Source of the DNA: Candidatus Latescibacterota bacterium
Lineage (GTDB): Bacteria; Latescibacterota; UBA2968; GCA-2709665
Direction of reading: 5' to 3'
NCBI GenBank assembly: GCA_965237675.1
Contig: OZ250150.1
Span: forward strand, 2,784,001-2,848,000
DNA length: 64,000 nucleotides
Part shown: in pieces, positions 30,450-43,687 of the stretch
How positions within the stretch are numbered: the stretch's first letter is position 1
How the letters are laid out: every line of letters begins with the position of its first letter
The notes under the pieces: model-generated
Databases searched by the model: none
The model's input: only the letters and a program-made list of their open reading frames with translations
What the model was told of the DNA's origin: nothing
Translations under genes and position numbers: made by a program

Positions 30450-31628
30450 TTATCTGCGGCGCGGTTTTGCGCTGGAGTACGGCGAGATTTCACGCAGCCG
30501 GCCGACTTCGGCGATGACACGCCCGGCCGCATGGTCGATCTCGGCTTCGGTGTTGAATCTTCCCAGGCCGAAGCGGATGCTGCTCTCGGCCAGGCTGGTG
30601 GACACACCCAGCGCCCTCAGGACGTAAGAGGGTTCCAGCGAAGCGGACGTGCACGCGGAGCCGGACGAGAGCGCAATCTCACCCAGGCCGATCAACAGGC
30701 TCTCGCCATCCACGCCTTCGAAGCTGATGTTGAGGTTTCCGTCCAGCCGTTTCTCCGGATGGCCGTTGAGACTGATACCGTCCAGGGCGTCGAACAGGCG
30801 GGCTCTGAGCCGTTCGCGCAACCCCCGGAGGCGAACGCCTTCGGGGCCCATCTCAGCGCGCGCAAATTCGCAGGCCGAGCCGAGACCCACAATGCCCGGC
30901 ACGTTGAGCGTACCCGAGCGCATTCCGCGTTCGTGGCCGCCCCCGTCGATTTCGGCAACGAGGCGCACACGGGGCCGGCTGCGAACGTAGAGGGCGCCGA
31001 CGCCCTTGGGACCGTACAGTTTGTGGGCGGATATCGAGAGCAGGTCAATGCCAAGGGCCTTCACGTCGATCGGCATCTTGCCCACAGCCTGTGCGGCGTC
31101 GCAGTGGAAGAGGATGTTCCGTTCCATGCAGATGGCACCGATTTCGTCCAGTGGCTGGAGGGTGCCGATTTCGTTGTTGGCCGCCATTATCGAGACAAGG
31201 ATGGTGTCTTCCCGTATCGCGTCCGAGACGGCTTCAGGTGCGACCTGTCCGTAGCAGTCTGCGGGCAGGACGGTAACGTCGAAACCTCGCCGCTCAATCG
31301 ATTTGCACGAATCCAGGACGGCGTGGTGCTCGGTGGTCTGGGTGATGACGTGCCCGCCTTTCTCGCGGTGTACGGCAGCCACGCCCTTTATGGCCAGGTT
31401 ATCCGATTCGGTCGCGCCGCTGGTGAAAATGATCTCCCTGGCGTCGGCATGGATCAGTTCCGCGGCCTGTTCCCGCGCCCGGTCAACCGCTGCTTCGGCG
31501 GTCCACCCGAAGCTGTGGGTTCGGCTGGCGGCGTTGCCGAAATTCGCGTTGAAATAGGGCAACATGGCATCCACCACCCTGGGGTCGACCGGTGTGGTGG
31601 CCTGATTGTCCAGATAGATGGGCGTCAT
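30450..31628 (-). CDS. iscS: Cysteine desulfurase
   Basis: [27 protein letters not shown]. Confidence 0.93.
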   Translation of the reverse strand: MTPIYLDNQATTPVDPRVVDAMLPYFNANFGNAASRTHSFGWTAEAAVDRAREQAAELIHADAREIIFTSGATESDNLAIKGVAAVHREKGGHVITQTTEHHAVLDSCKSIERRGFDVTVLPADCYGQVAPEAVSDAIREDTILVSIMAANNEIGTLQPLDEIGAICMERNILFHCDAAQAVGKMPIDVKALGIDLLSISAHKLYGPKGVGALYVRSRPRVRLVAEIDGGGHERGMRSGTLNVPGIVGLGSACEFARAEMGPEGVRLRGLRERLRARLFDALDGISLNGHPEKRLDGNLNISFEGVDGESLLIGLGEIALSSGSACTSASLEPSYVLRALGVSTSLAESSIRFGLGRFNTEAEIDHAAGRVIAEVGRLREISPYSSAKPRRR

Positions 31629-31635
31629 ATTCGAG

Positions 31636-32568
31636 TCAGTCCCCTTCGAAGAGAGCCCTGACGAAGGCCTCCGGTTCAAAGTCACTCAGATCATCCTGAC
31701 CTTCGCCAAGGCCGACCATTCGGACGGGAAGGCCGAGTTCGTCGGCAATCGCGATGACGACACCGCCTCTGGCCGTGCCATCCAATTTGGCCAGAACAAG
31801 GCCGGTGATTCCTATATCCGCGTGGAATTGCCGGGCCTGGGCAACGGCGTTCTGTCCGGTGGTGGCGTCCAGGACCAGCAGGGTCTCGTGAGGAGCGCCC
31901 GGCTGACATTTGCCCAGGACGCGTCGGATTTTTTTAAGTTCCTCCATCAGATTCACTCTGGTGTGCAGGCGCCCTGCGGTGTCGATAATGACCACGTCCA
32001 CGTCGCGGGATCGGGCGGCGGCAAGGGCGTCGAAAGCCACGGATGCGGCGTCTGCGCCCGGCCGGTGGCGTACGATGTCCGCGCCGGAACGGTCTGCCCA
32101 GATGGAAAGCTGTTCGATCGCGGCGGCCCGGAAAGTGTCGCAGGCGGCCAGGAGCACTCGCTTGCGCCGCAAGCCGTACCTGCAGGCCAGCTTGCCGATG
32201 GTTGTCGTTTTTCCAGCGCCGTTCACGCCGGCGACCAGGATGACGTGAGGCCTGAACCACGGAGGCGCTGAGGACGGGGGTTGGACGGACCGGAGAATCT
32301 CGAGCAGTTCGGCCTCAAGCCGGCCGCGGACCCAGTTTTCCGTCTGATCGGGCGCCGTGCCTCGCTGGTCGCGCTCCCGAAGACGGTCGATGATCCGGAG
32401 CGTCGCGTTGACGCCGACGTCTGCCCGGATCAGGATTTCTTCGATCTCCTCCAGGGTTTCATCATCCAGCCTGGGGCTGCGGCGCAAGACCTCGCTGATT
32501 TTTCCGGATAGTCCCTCGCGGGTCTTTGATAGACCCAGTTTGAGTTTTTCCAGGAAATTTCCGAGCAT
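31636..32568 (-). CDS. ftsY: SRP receptor FtsY
   Basis: [31 protein letters not shown]. Confidence 0.96.
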   Translation of the reverse strand: MLGNFLEKLKLGLSKTREGLSGKISEVLRRSPRLDDETLEEIEEILIRADVGVNATLRIIDRLRERDQRGTAPDQTENWVRGRLEAELLEILRSVQPPSSAPPWFRPHVILVAGVNGAGKTTTIGKLACRYGLRRKRVLLAACDTFRAAAIEQLSIWADRSGADIVRHRPGADAASVAFDALAAARSRDVDVVIIDTAGRLHTRVNLMEELKKIRRVLGKCQPGAPHETLLVLDATTGQNAVAQARQFHADIGITGLVLAKLDGTARGGVVIAIADELGLPVRMVGLGEGQDDLSDFEPEAFVRALFEGD

Positions 32569-32683
32569 GCCGCAACGGATTCCTCGTATGGGTCTTGTGA
32601 TCGGCCGGCCACCCCACACAACCAGATAGGGGCACGGCGCGCCGTGCCCACGGTCAGGGATCGTCTGTGGGCCGGGTGGGGCG

Positions 32684-33589
32684 TCAGTACGACGTTTCCC
32701 GGAGGAGGTCCAGGATGCGTTCCAGGTCGTCGTCCGTGTAGAACTCGATTTCGATTCTTCCTTTTTTGCCACGGCGGTTGATATTCACCCCCGTGCCAAA
32801 ACGGCGCTGAAGGTCTTCTTCCAGCGAGAGGGTCTGAGGATCTTTACCCCGGGGCAGGGGCCCGGGTGGCTCACGGCGTCCGTCTCTGCCAACCTTGACA
32901 AGGTCTTCAACCTGTCGTACCGAGAGGCCTTCGGTGACAATTTTCCTGCAGAGATTCGCCTGCAGACGGTCGTCTGCAAGACCCAGGAGAGCGCGAGCGT
33001 GCCCCATGGAGATTTGTCCGTCCTGGAGGGCGTTTCTGACCTCTTCAGTGAGATGGAGGAGGCGCAGCGTATTGGTAACGGTGGATCGGTTCTTGCCGAC
33101 CTTCTGTGCGACCTCTTCCTGCGTCAAGAAACACGATTCCATAAGGGCCCTGTACGCCCTGGCTTCTTCGATCGGATTCAGGTCTTCACGCTGCACATTT
33201 TCGATCAGGGATATTTCCATCATCTCCTGATCGGTTCCTACGTCCACCAGGATGGCGGGGACGGTCTCAAGCCCCGCCTGTCTCGCGGCACGGAGGCGTC
33301 GCTCGCCGGCAACGAGCTGATATCCGGACCCGTAACGTCGAACGACAACAGGCTGGATGACCCCCTTTTCCTTGATCGAGTCCGCCAATTCCTGTACGGC
33401 GTCCGGATCGAATCTGGCCCGGGGCTGGTGCGTGTTGGGCTCGAGATCTACAATGTCGATCTCGAGCACCCGCGCGCCCGGCTGGATGTCACCCGGCTCC
33501 ATCGGCCCGGCGGGTTTTTCCAGCGGCGATTCGTCAGCGCCGGGTATGAGAGCGCCCAGGCCTCTGCCCAGGGCGTTACGCTTGGCCAT
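32684..33589 (-). CDS. parB: Chromosome partitioning protein ParB
   Basis: LGRGLGALI, AGERRLRA, ENVQREDLNPIEEA. Confidence 0.96.
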   Translation of the reverse strand: MAKRNALGRGLGALIPGADESPLEKPAGPMEPGDIQPGARVLEIDIVDLEPNTHQPRARFDPDAVQELADSIKEKGVIQPVVVRRYGSGYQLVAGERRLRAARQAGLETVPAILVDVGTDQEMMEISLIENVQREDLNPIEEARAYRALMESCFLTQEEVAQKVGKNRSTVTNTLRLLHLTEEVRNALQDGQISMGHARALLGLADDRLQANLCRKIVTEGLSVRQVEDLVKVGRDGRREPPGPLPRGKDPQTLSLEEDLQRRFGTGVNINRRGKKGRIEIEFYTDDDLERILDLLRETSY

Positions 33590-34343
33590 GGTTGATTACC
33601 TCCCCAGCCAGGCTCATATAATTCTGGGCCCCCGGAGACATAATGTCGTACAGGATGATGGGTTTGCCGAAACTGGGCGCCTCGCCGAGCTTGACGTTTC
33701 GGCCGATGATGGTCTTGTAAACGCGCTCTCCGAAGTGGGCGCGGGCCTCGTCGACGACCTGCCGGGCGAGATTGAGCCGCCGGTCGAACATCGTGAGCAG
33801 TACGCCCTCGATCAGGAGCGGAGGATTCAGACGACGCCGAACCAGCCGCAGTGTATTCAACAGTTTCCCCAGACCTTCCAGGGCATAGTATTCGCACTGT
33901 ATCGGAATGAGGACGGAGCCGGCGGCGGTAAGCGCGTTGAGGGTAAGCAATCCCAGAGAGGGCGGGCAGTCGATCAAAAGGAATTCGTAGTTTTCGCCGG
34001 CGCTTTCCAGCGCGACCCGGAGCCGGTGCTCCCGGGCGCCGAGGTTGACCAATTCGACTTCGGCCCCGGTGAGGCGCATATGCGACGGGGCAACGTTCAG
34101 GTAGGGTATCTCGGTTTCCCGGGTGATGTCAGAAAGCGGATGCTCCTCGAGGAGCACCTCGTATATGCACGGGTCTCCCGCGCCCACCGACACGCCGAAG
34201 CTGCTGGTGGCGTTGGACTGCGGATCCAGGTCGACAAGGAGGGTTTTCTTTTCTGCGGCCGCCAGGCAAGCGGAGAGGTTGACCGCCGTGGTGGTTTTTC
34301 CGACGCCGCCTTTCTGGTTGGCAATGGCAATGATTCGAGGCAT
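33576..34343 (-). CDS. parA: Chromosome partitioning ATPase ParA/Soj
   Basis: NQKGGVGKTTT, DLDPQ, DCPPSLG. Confidence 0.96.
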   Translation of the reverse strand: MPRIIAIANQKGGVGKTTTAVNLSACLAAAEKKTLLVDLDPQSNATSSFGVSVGAGDPCIYEVLLEEHPLSDITRETEIPYLNVAPSHMRLTGAEVELVNLGAREHRLRVALESAGENYEFLLIDCPPSLGLLTLNALTAAGSVLIPIQCEYYALEGLGKLLNTLRLVRRRLNPPLLIEGVLLTMFDRRLNLARQVVDEARAHFGERVYKTIIGRNVKLGEAPSFGKPIILYDIMSPGAQNYMSLAGEVINHGQA

Positions 34344-34627
34344 ATACGGAAAACCCTATACGATGCCACGCCCGTCTGGAAATACCTTGAAAATACAGGC
34401 TGTCGCGGATCGAAAATCATGCGTCGCGCCGGCGTGATCCAGTGGCGGCCTCGCCGTCGAAACGCTGAGGGAACCGCGTTTTCCGATCGGCAGAAAGCCC
34501 GCGATGGAACACGCTGCAACAGAATTGTTGGGAAAACCGCGGCCTGGGGCGATGGCCCCATCCGACGGTCCGTCCGGGTTTGGCGAGGGGAGGGTGGGTC
34601 CCCGCGCACTGGTTCGGCGCTTTCGAC

Positions 34628-37288
<2,661 letters not shown>

Positions 37289-37302
37289 CCTCGTTGTGGA
37301 TG

Positions 37303-38538
37303 TCAGGGCTTCCGTGCCACTGCCGTGCCGCCTACGGAATCGGCCGACGTGGTATACGTGGAGGGTGCCTTAGTGATGGGGTCGGAGATGGTCTGACGGG
37401 ATGGCGACGGTTGAATCTTGTCCATTTTACTTTGATTACGGACGTCTTGCCGGCTCGCCTTGACCACGTCGCGATCTTCGATATTCAGGAGGAATTTGAG
37501 AATGCTGCGCCTGCCCACAATAATGCGCAGGTCTGCGGTGGAGCCGTATTTGAGCGGCAACGGGGTTTCCACAATGCCAATTTCCAACTCAAAGGTTCGG
37601 GCGCCGCTGCTGTGTACCGCATATCGGTATATCCTGGAGATTTCGCCGTTACCGACGAATTCCTCGCGGTCGGAAAATAGATTGCTGAGGATTTCTACGG
37701 GGTGTCCCAGACGGATTTTCCACGCGTTGGTTTCCGGGACCCAGGCGTCGATCGTATCTCCTCCGCCCTCTCCGGCAATAATGAGTACGATTTGCCCCTG
37801 GTCGGCAAGCATGCCGGGATGCAGATCTCGCCTGACAACAATACCGTTGACGGGCGACCGGAGTGTGGTTAGTTTCAGGCCTTCCTGCGCCGCCTTCAGA
37901 CTGTTTCGGGCGTTGTCCAGCGCTGCCGCTGCGCGGCGAACGTCGGCCACGGCCTGCCGAAGTTCCGCAGGCGATGCGCCGCGCCGGGTCAGGTTCAGGA
38001 CCTCAAATACCACCTTCAGGTTGGTTTCCGCGAGTTCGCAGTTCGTTTTTGTGCGTTCGAGTTCCTCTATGCTCCAGAGACGTTCGCCCAGGTAGAGGTG
38101 CTCGGCCCGCTGCATTTCCTGGTTGCGGGCTTTCAGCGCGATGCGTGCCTGTTCGACCCTGGATTCCGCGATCTTCAACGCTTCTACGGTCGGTTTTTCT
38201 TTCAGCAGCGCCAGGTTTGCCCTGGCATGTTCCAGGTTCGCTTCGTTGCGCTGGATCTCCTTCGCCGCCGCTTCAACCGAGGCGGCCAGGTCGCCATTAT
38301 AGAGTTGGACAACCGGCTGTCCGGCTTTCACCGGCGTTCCAGGTTCACAATGGATGCTTTCGATAACGCGCTTGAGCGGAGAATCGATATAGATTTTTTC
38401 ACCGGGTTCTACGATGCCCTGGGCCATGACGACGTCGTCTATCTCGATAAGCGACAGGGCAAGAAAAATAACCGCCAGTACTCCCGTGATCCAAAGTACC
38501 CACTTCAGCATGCGGCGCTTGCTTCGCCTGCGCATCAT
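37303..38538 (-). CDS. HlyD-family membrane fusion protein
   Basis: N-terminal TM, lipoyl halves (PGTPVKAGQPVVQL; LRSPVNGIV) around a long coiled coil. Confidence 0.8.
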   Translation of the reverse strand: MMRRRSKRRMLKWVLWITGVLAVIFLALSLIEIDDVVMAQGIVEPGEKIYIDSPLKRVIESIHCEPGTPVKAGQPVVQLYNGDLAASVEAAAKEIQRNEANLEHARANLALLKEKPTVEALKIAESRVEQARIALKARNQEMQRAEHLYLGERLWSIEELERTKTNCELAETNLKVVFEVLNLTRRGASPAELRQAVADVRRAAAALDNARNSLKAAQEGLKLTTLRSPVNGIVVRRDLHPGMLADQGQIVLIIAGEGGGDTIDAWVPETNAWKIRLGHPVEILSNLFSDREEFVGNGEISRIYRYAVHSSGARTFELEIGIVETPLPLKYGSTADLRIIVGRRSILKFLLNIEDRDVVKASRQDVRNQSKMDKIQPSPSRQTISDPITKAPSTYTTSADSVGGTAVARKP

Positions 38539-38555
38539 TACGGAAACCCTTTTTC

Positions 38556-38584
38556 TTGACAGGGGAGAAAGGCTTGTCTATATT
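38556..38584 (+). promoter_or_regulatory. Sigma70 promoter of tRNA-Lys
   Basis: TTGACA-17 bp-TATATT. Confidence 0.7.
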
Positions 38585-38638
38585 CATCACTTTGCCCGAT
38601 CACGCACCGATTTCTGTTGTGTGATCCGGGAACGGAAT

Positions 38639-38710
38639 GGGCCCGTAGCTCAGGGGTAGAGCAGCGGCCTTTTAAGCCGTTGGTCGAAGGTTCAAATCCT
38701 TCCGGGCTCA
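38639..38710 (+). tRNA. tRNA-Lys(TTT)
   Basis: Acceptor GGGCCCG/CGGGCTC, D-arm TAGCTCAGGGGTAGAGC, anticodon arm GCGGC-CTTTTAA-GCCGT, T-loop GGTTCAAATCC; CCA not encoded. Confidence 0.96.
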
Positions 38711-38749
38711 TTTAACTTTCTCAAAATAAATTACTTGTATTATAAAACG

Positions 38750-38778
38750 GCCCGGATCGCAATAGATCGGGCTTTTTT
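38750..38778 (+). terminator. Terminator after tRNA-Lys
   Basis: GCCCGGATC...GATCGGGC followed by T6. Confidence 0.6.
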
Positions 38779-38955
38779 CTTTCTCATATCGCGACGGTTC
38801 CACGATGACGCGAAACGCCAGCGTTTTTTGAGTCTTCTAAGGTACCATATCCCATTTTAAAAGTCAAGGCGATTTCAAATTCCGTTTGCGGGCATCTCAA
38901 CGATCCGCGTCGATTCCACCGGCGCTCCTGGTCATCGGAATTTTTCACGAAAGAC

Positions 38956-39003
38956 TTGACAGGACGACATGAATTCGTTATTGTTGTTGAATTAGATCAA
39001 CAA
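38956..39003 (+). promoter_or_regulatory. cysH promoter with adjacent inverted-repeat operator
   Basis: TTGACA-17-TATTGT followed by TTGTTGA-N6-TCAACAA (38984-39003). Confidence 0.55.
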
Positions 39004-39027
39004 TATAGTAATTAAAGCTGGCAGAGG

Positions 39028-39783
39028 ATGTGCATGGGTATCGATAGTGAGAAGATCGGCCGACTGGCCGATGCATTCGAGGGAACGGGGCCGGAAGAAA
39101 TTCTGGCGTGGGCCTGGCGGGACATGGGTCCTGCCGTGGCAATGAGCACGGCCTTCGGCGCGAGTGGCCTTGTGATGTTGGATATGGCGCAGCGGGTGGC
39201 GCCGGACCTGCCGGTTTTTACAATCGACACCGGGTATCTGTTTCCTGAAACGCTGGCACTTAAAGAGCGTATCGAGGCGCGTTACGATATTCGGATCGAG
39301 TCCTTGCAGCCGCGTTTGAGCGTACCCGAGCAGGATCGCGCCTGCGGCCGCGATCTGTACAATCGAGATCCGGATCGATGTTGCCGGATGCGCAAGGTGG
39401 AACCGCTGCAGCGGAAATTGGCAGGCCTGAACGGCTGGATTGCCGGCCTTCGGAGAGACCAGTCTGGAACGCGGGCCGGAGTACGTGTCGTGGAAGGTTA
39501 CCGAACCAGCTGCGGTCGGGACGTCACCAAGATCAATCCGCTTGCAGCATGGACGCGGAAGCAGGTGTGGGATTACATCATTGAAAATGATCTGCCGTAC
39601 AATTCGCTCATGGACCGGGGCTATTCCAGCATCGGCTGTTGGCCCTGTACCCAGCCGGCGGCGCCTGGCGCCGACGAGCGCGCAGGACGCTGGGCGGGCA
39701 CGTCCAAATCAGAGTGCGGCATACATACGCCGTTGATGGAGGTCGAAATACCGGAAGCGGAGGGGCAATTGGCAGCGGGATAG
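39028..39783 (+). CDS. cysH: APS/PAPS reductase
   Basis: IDTGYLFPET, CC..RKVEPL, GYSSIGCWPCT, RAGRW, ECGIH. Confidence 0.93.
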   Translation: MCMGIDSEKIGRLADAFEGTGPEEILAWAWRDMGPAVAMSTAFGASGLVMLDMAQRVAPDLPVFTIDTGYLFPETLALKERIEARYDIRIESLQPRLSVPEQDRACGRDLYNRDPDRCCRMRKVEPLQRKLAGLNGWIAGLRRDQSGTRAGVRVVEGYRTSCGRDVTKINPLAAWTRKQVWDYIIENDLPYNSLMDRGYSSIGCWPCTQPAAPGADERAGRWAGTSKSECGIHTPLMEVEIPEAEGQLAAG

Positions 39784-39888
39784 GCGGTGCCGAATAGACA
39801 GCGGTCCTGGACCGAACCGGATCTTCATTGGCGGAAGCCTGCAGGCTTCCGCCTCTGTATTTCGTCCGGAGAACCCGCTTTTGGATCT

Positions 39889-39948
39889 GTAGGGGCAACC
39901 CTTGTGGTTGCCCACGCGATGGCGCAGACGTCGGTCAATTGACGTCGC
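39889..39948 (+). repeat. GTAG REP with 35-bp extension (direct repeat of 42662-42720)
   Basis: GTAGGGGCAACCCTTGTGGTTGCCCAC...GGCGCAGAC.TCG....ATTGAC.TCGC. Confidence 0.8.
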
Positions 39949-40210
39949 TATCTGCTGTGACGCACTACGAAAGCGGAGGAAGCTCTACAAGGACTGGCAC
40001 AGACCGGGATGGCGCAGCGGAAGATTTCACAGGATGAGCATTTCATTGGGAATCGAGAACTTGTCGCGGAAGGGCGCCGACTGTGTTTTCGAGTGTGTTC
40101 AGCGGACAGAATAGAGAACGCCGATAGGGATCAGACGCAAGAATCTCGACAGGCAGGATGACTGCTTCTACGATATCAGCGGGTACAATCACCCTCGAGA
40201 CAAGATGAAG

Positions 40211-42235
40211 TCAACTGTCGATGTCCGTTCCAAAGGCCTTCGAGAAAATCAGAAAGTCTGAGAAGCCAACTTCGCCATCTTCATCCAGATCGAACGAGGG
40301 ATCGAAATTCTCGTCGGCTGAGGACAGGCCGAACGCTTTCGCAAACGCGATGAAATCCGTAAACTCGACCGTGCCGTCGCGGTCGAAATCGGGAGAGGGA
40401 GGATCCCCTTCTATGACAGTTATTTGACGAATATACTGAGACACATAATACAGCCTATCCTGCCTTACACCCACAGAGAGAAAAATTTCGCCGGTTTCTT
40501 TTGAATTAAAAGAGATGTTTCTACTGAATCGACCGTTCTTGACCATTGCGACAAGGGCTTTCTCCCATTCGTCGTTTTCAAAATAAAATTTGACCGAATT
40601 GGACACGGAAGAATCGGACACCGTGCCGCTGATCCGAATGTCCTCCCCGGTCCTGAATTGGACAGGTAGTGGCGGTTCAAAGCGAGCTATGGGCCTGTAA
40701 CCCCTCGGTACATCCAAACGTGGCCGCCAATTTTTCGGGATCGGGATTAACTGAGCTCGAATTTTGCCGTTCGGATCGGCTTTAATGGTTAGCATTGTCT
40801 TGCTTCGATTTCCAATAAGGCGTACATAGGCGGAAGAGAGTTGATGTACCACCCCGTTGACGGTGACTGCGCCGGTTGAATCCGGTTTGACGGCAAAATA
40901 GTATACGTCTAATTGGTAGCCACCTTCAGGCCAAAGGACATATTCCTTAGGGAGCGGGAAGGCTCGACCTTGCGAAATGTTGTTTACGAGAGGAGCTGTC
41001 GTATAATTGAGCTTGGGGTTGAGGCCCAGCCCACTCAAAAACAACCTCGATACGTGCCGCTCGAAGATGTCTACGATTGGGCTACCGGTTGCATTCTCGA
41101 TATTTGCAACTCCAGATTTACTTGTTTGTACCAGCCGTGTCACAATTCCCGAGCCAAACTCCTCAATGAGACTGCGTATGAACATGTACGCGGCGCCTCG
41201 TCTCGCTTTTTCCGGAGAAGACGGTGCACCAAGGGCTCCCCTCACCGTATTCCGGAAGAAGACATCGACATCCCGGCGCTTGCTTCTGCTAAACTCACCG
41301 ATCAGATCTTCGGCGACGTGAGACAACCCTTCATTGAGCCATGCCTCTTCCGATTGTTCGTTGCGCACGAGCACGTGCTGATTGAAGCTGATGAGATGTT
41401 GAAACTCATGGGCAATCACGGGATCGAAGTCTTCGGGCTTAAGGTCTGGATTGACATAGAACATATCCGATTGATTTCCGTTGCCTCCCTGGCGCGCGGG
41501 CAGAAGCGCCCGGGCATCGAAAATACCCCATGCACCTGCGAAAAGGACGTTGGGGTCAGGATCCGTCAGGTGGGTGTAGAGGAAATGGATTTTGCCATCG
41601 TTGTCCACGTCAGATTCACTTCCGAATACGGATGTGATTTTGGGATAGGTCCTTGTACTGAAGCGGTCGACTTGTGCCTGGATCTGCTCCTTGCTCACTC
41701 TGCTGGTATCGGCCACGTCCACGTAGGCATTTGCCCGCTGGCTCGTCGCATAAAGGACGGCTGTAATTGTGGTATCTTCCTCGATAATCCAGCAAGCATA
41801 GCCAGGAATGACAAAATCTCGGGTACTGCCGATTTGTTGGGATACAATCTTCGCTGCCGGTGCGTGATAACCACCGGACTGTTGAAGGCGGCGCGCAAGT
41901 CCGCGTTCTTGGTTTCGCAGCGTGGCTTCTAGACTGGCGCTGTTCGGGAGGTTTGTTGGCCGTCTTGCCCCGTCAAAATGCACCATTGCCGGTTCCGAAT
42001 CGCCAAAGGCGGCAGTTACGGAGAAGCCGAACCGATGGCCAATTCCAAATCCACTGGTTTCCACGTCAGTCTGTGTGGAATAGACGATCAACTGATAGTC
42101 GCGGTCTGAAAAATCCAGTGTCAATGTGGTTGAACCTTCAGCGAGATCGACCTTGAAGGGTTCGCCGATTTTCTGAGCGAAAAGCGGCTGAAAACAGATC
42201 AATAACAAAAACATAGAACTCGTAAGGCGCCTCAT
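40211..42235 (-). CDS. Secreted zinc metallopeptidase (M30/hyicolysin-like) with C-terminal double EF-hand dockerin-like domain
   Basis: Signal peptide; DVDNDGKI, IAHEFQHLI, WLNEGLSH; C-terminal DFDRDGTVEFTDF...DLDEDGEVGFSDF. Confidence 0.8.
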   Translation of the reverse strand: MRRLTSSMFLLLICFQPLFAQKIGEPFKVDLAEGSTTLTLDFSDRDYQLIVYSTQTDVETSGFGIGHRFGFSVTAAFGDSEPAMVHFDGARRPTNLPNSASLEATLRNQERGLARRLQQSGGYHAPAAKIVSQQIGSTRDFVIPGYACWIIEEDTTITAVLYATSQRANAYVDVADTSRVSKEQIQAQVDRFSTRTYPKITSVFGSESDVDNDGKIHFLYTHLTDPDPNVLFAGAWGIFDARALLPARQGGNGNQSDMFYVNPDLKPEDFDPVIAHEFQHLISFNQHVLVRNEQSEEAWLNEGLSHVAEDLIGEFSRSKRRDVDVFFRNTVRGALGAPSSPEKARRGAAYMFIRSLIEEFGSGIVTRLVQTSKSGVANIENATGSPIVDIFERHVSRLFLSGLGLNPKLNYTTAPLVNNISQGRAFPLPKEYVLWPEGGYQLDVYYFAVKPDSTGAVTVNGVVHQLSSAYVRLIGNRSKTMLTIKADPNGKIRAQLIPIPKNWRPRLDVPRGYRPIARFEPPLPVQFRTGEDIRISGTVSDSSVSNSVKFYFENDEWEKALVAMVKNGRFSRNISFNSKETGEIFLSVGVRQDRLYYVSQYIRQITVIEGDPPSPDFDRDGTVEFTDFIAFAKAFGLSSADENFDPSFDLDEDGEVGFSDFLIFSKAFGTDIDS

Positions 42236-42549
42236 TTTAGGCCTCGAATCACGATGTAGACCAACTTTACCTTTCGATGCAGATATGCAACGTGTTGCAC
42301 AAGTGACTAAGATAGTTCGCCTGGCGTGTCGGGCCAAGTGTATTTTTCGCGCATTAGTTGGACTCATAGTAAGAATGTACACTCCCGGCGTCCAATGCCC
42401 TGTGATCTGCGTGGTCAGATTTTGGGAAGTCCATCTGGCTCAGAACGCCGGTTGCCACGAGCGGTTTGAACTGGATGTTGGGCTGCCAGTTGATCTTAGC
42501 GCAGAAAGTCCGGATTTCATGTCAGACGCCTCAGGTGTCGCCGTTCTAT

Positions 42550-42614
42550 GCTGATGGTGAGCGGCGCGGTTTTTGCCGCGAACAAACCCCTATCACCACA
42601 ACCGGGCGGGCGAC
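42550..42614 (+). repeat. 65-bp direct repeat identical to 48533-48597 (fragment of modular element)
   Basis: GCTGATGGTGAGCGGCGCGG...CACCACAACCGGGCGGGCGAC present at both sites. Confidence 0.9.
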
Positions 42615-42661
42615 TGGAGTACCCATGAAGCCGCAAGCCATTGCGCGCCGCGTTTGTGTTT

Positions 42662-42900
42662 GTAGGGGCAACCCTTGTGGTTGCCCACATAACGGCGCAG
42701 ACTTCGCTGATTGACATCGCGGGCCCGTATCGCTGACTCTACGCCGAACGAAATCTGTAGGGGCGACCGGCCGGTCGCCCCTACCCCAATCGGTCGAAAC
42801 GCCCCGATGATGTCGAAGAGGCTCTGTAGCCGGTGTAGGGCTAATCATAGTCGCACGCGTCGCATTGTGCGACTCTTTGGAACGCGGGCGTCCCGCCTGC
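42662..42900. repeat. Cluster of REP-like palindromes of several classes
   Basis: GTAG REP 42662-42686; perfect 28-bp palindrome GTAGGGGCGACCGGCCGGTCGCCCCTAC 42757-42784; AGTCGCAC...GTGCGACT; GCGGGCGTCCCGC. Confidence 0.75.
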
Positions 42901-42970
42901 CCAATTATCGGGCAATATAGCGAAAGGTTCTCGTGGGTTCTGTGGTGTATGTTCACGCTGACCGCTGCCT

Positions 42971-43161
42971 GCTGATCGCTGTCGTTCCCCTTGTGTCTTT
43001 GTGCCTTCGTGCGAGTCGGTGTTCCGCGCCGTCGTTGCATTTGTAGGGGCAACCCTTGTGGTTGCCCTTCTATTGACTTCCGCCGTTTACGCTTGACAAA
43101 GCCGGTCGTCCGTATATATTGTTTTTTGCTGCTTGGTCCCGGGCAACACGGGGCCATTTTT
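42971..43161 (+). repeat. Duplicate of cysM upstream region (REP plus promoter), matches 49289-49480
   Basis: Near-identical sequence including REP 43043-43067 and TTGACA-16-TATATT (43093-43120). Confidence 0.9.
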
Positions 43162-43199
43162 GTACGTGATCCGGGGGTTGCAATTGAGCACCGAACGGC

Positions 43200-43333
43200 G
43201 TTCCCAATCCGCTTCCTGTTCCCTCAAACGACCTGCCGGCCAACACAACATACGGATCAACGCACAATGGCGCATCTGTTTCCGATGGACGGACGATGGG
43301 GCGTGCGACGTGGAGATCGAAGACTACCACTGA
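43200..43333 (+). pseudogene. HigB (RelE-like killer) toxin remnant, C-terminal part only
   Basis: AGQHNIRINAQWRICFRWTDDGACDVEIEDYH* directly before higA; no N-terminal half. Confidence 0.75.
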
Positions 43334-43344
43334 GAGGCGCTAAC

Positions 43345-43650
43345 ATGAACGCGAAGAATGGGATGAGACCGGTTCATCCGGGTGAGATACTCGGCGAGGA
43401 ACTCGACGCGCTCGGTCTGTCGGCCAACGCCTTGTCGGAGGCGCTGGGAGTGCCGGTGAACCGTATCACGATGATTCTGAACGGCCAATGTGGGGTGAGC
43501 GCGGACACGGCGTTGCGGCTGGCGCGCTACTTCGGCACGACGCCTCAGCTATGGCTCAACCTGCAAAAGTCGTGGGAGCTTCGCAGGGCGGAGATCGAGG
43601 CGGGACGCGATATCGCTGAAAGCGTAACGCCCCGTCAAACGGTGGCTTAG
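43345..43650 (+). CDS. higA: HigA family antitoxin
   Basis: RPVHPGEIL...SADTALRLARYFGTTPQLWLNLQ. Confidence 0.92.
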   Translation: MNAKNGMRPVHPGEILGEELDALGLSANALSEALGVPVNRITMILNGQCGVSADTALRLARYFGTTPQLWLNLQKSWELRRAEIEAGRDIAESVTPRQTVA

Positions 43651-43687
43651 ATAAGTGACGGCCAAATGCCTTCCATTGACTACACCA

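Noticed and set aside
38639-38950. tRNA-Lys as an island integration site
   Set aside because: No duplicated tRNA 3' end or integrase seen downstream; the next gene is cysH.
39950-40210. Possible gene remnant between REP and peptidase stop
   Set aside because: Open stretches exist but show no recognisable family motif.
42385-42549. Minus-strand peptide KINWQPNIQFKPLV resembling a sugar-nucleotide dehydratase C-terminus
   Set aside because: Too short and weak to support without a search.
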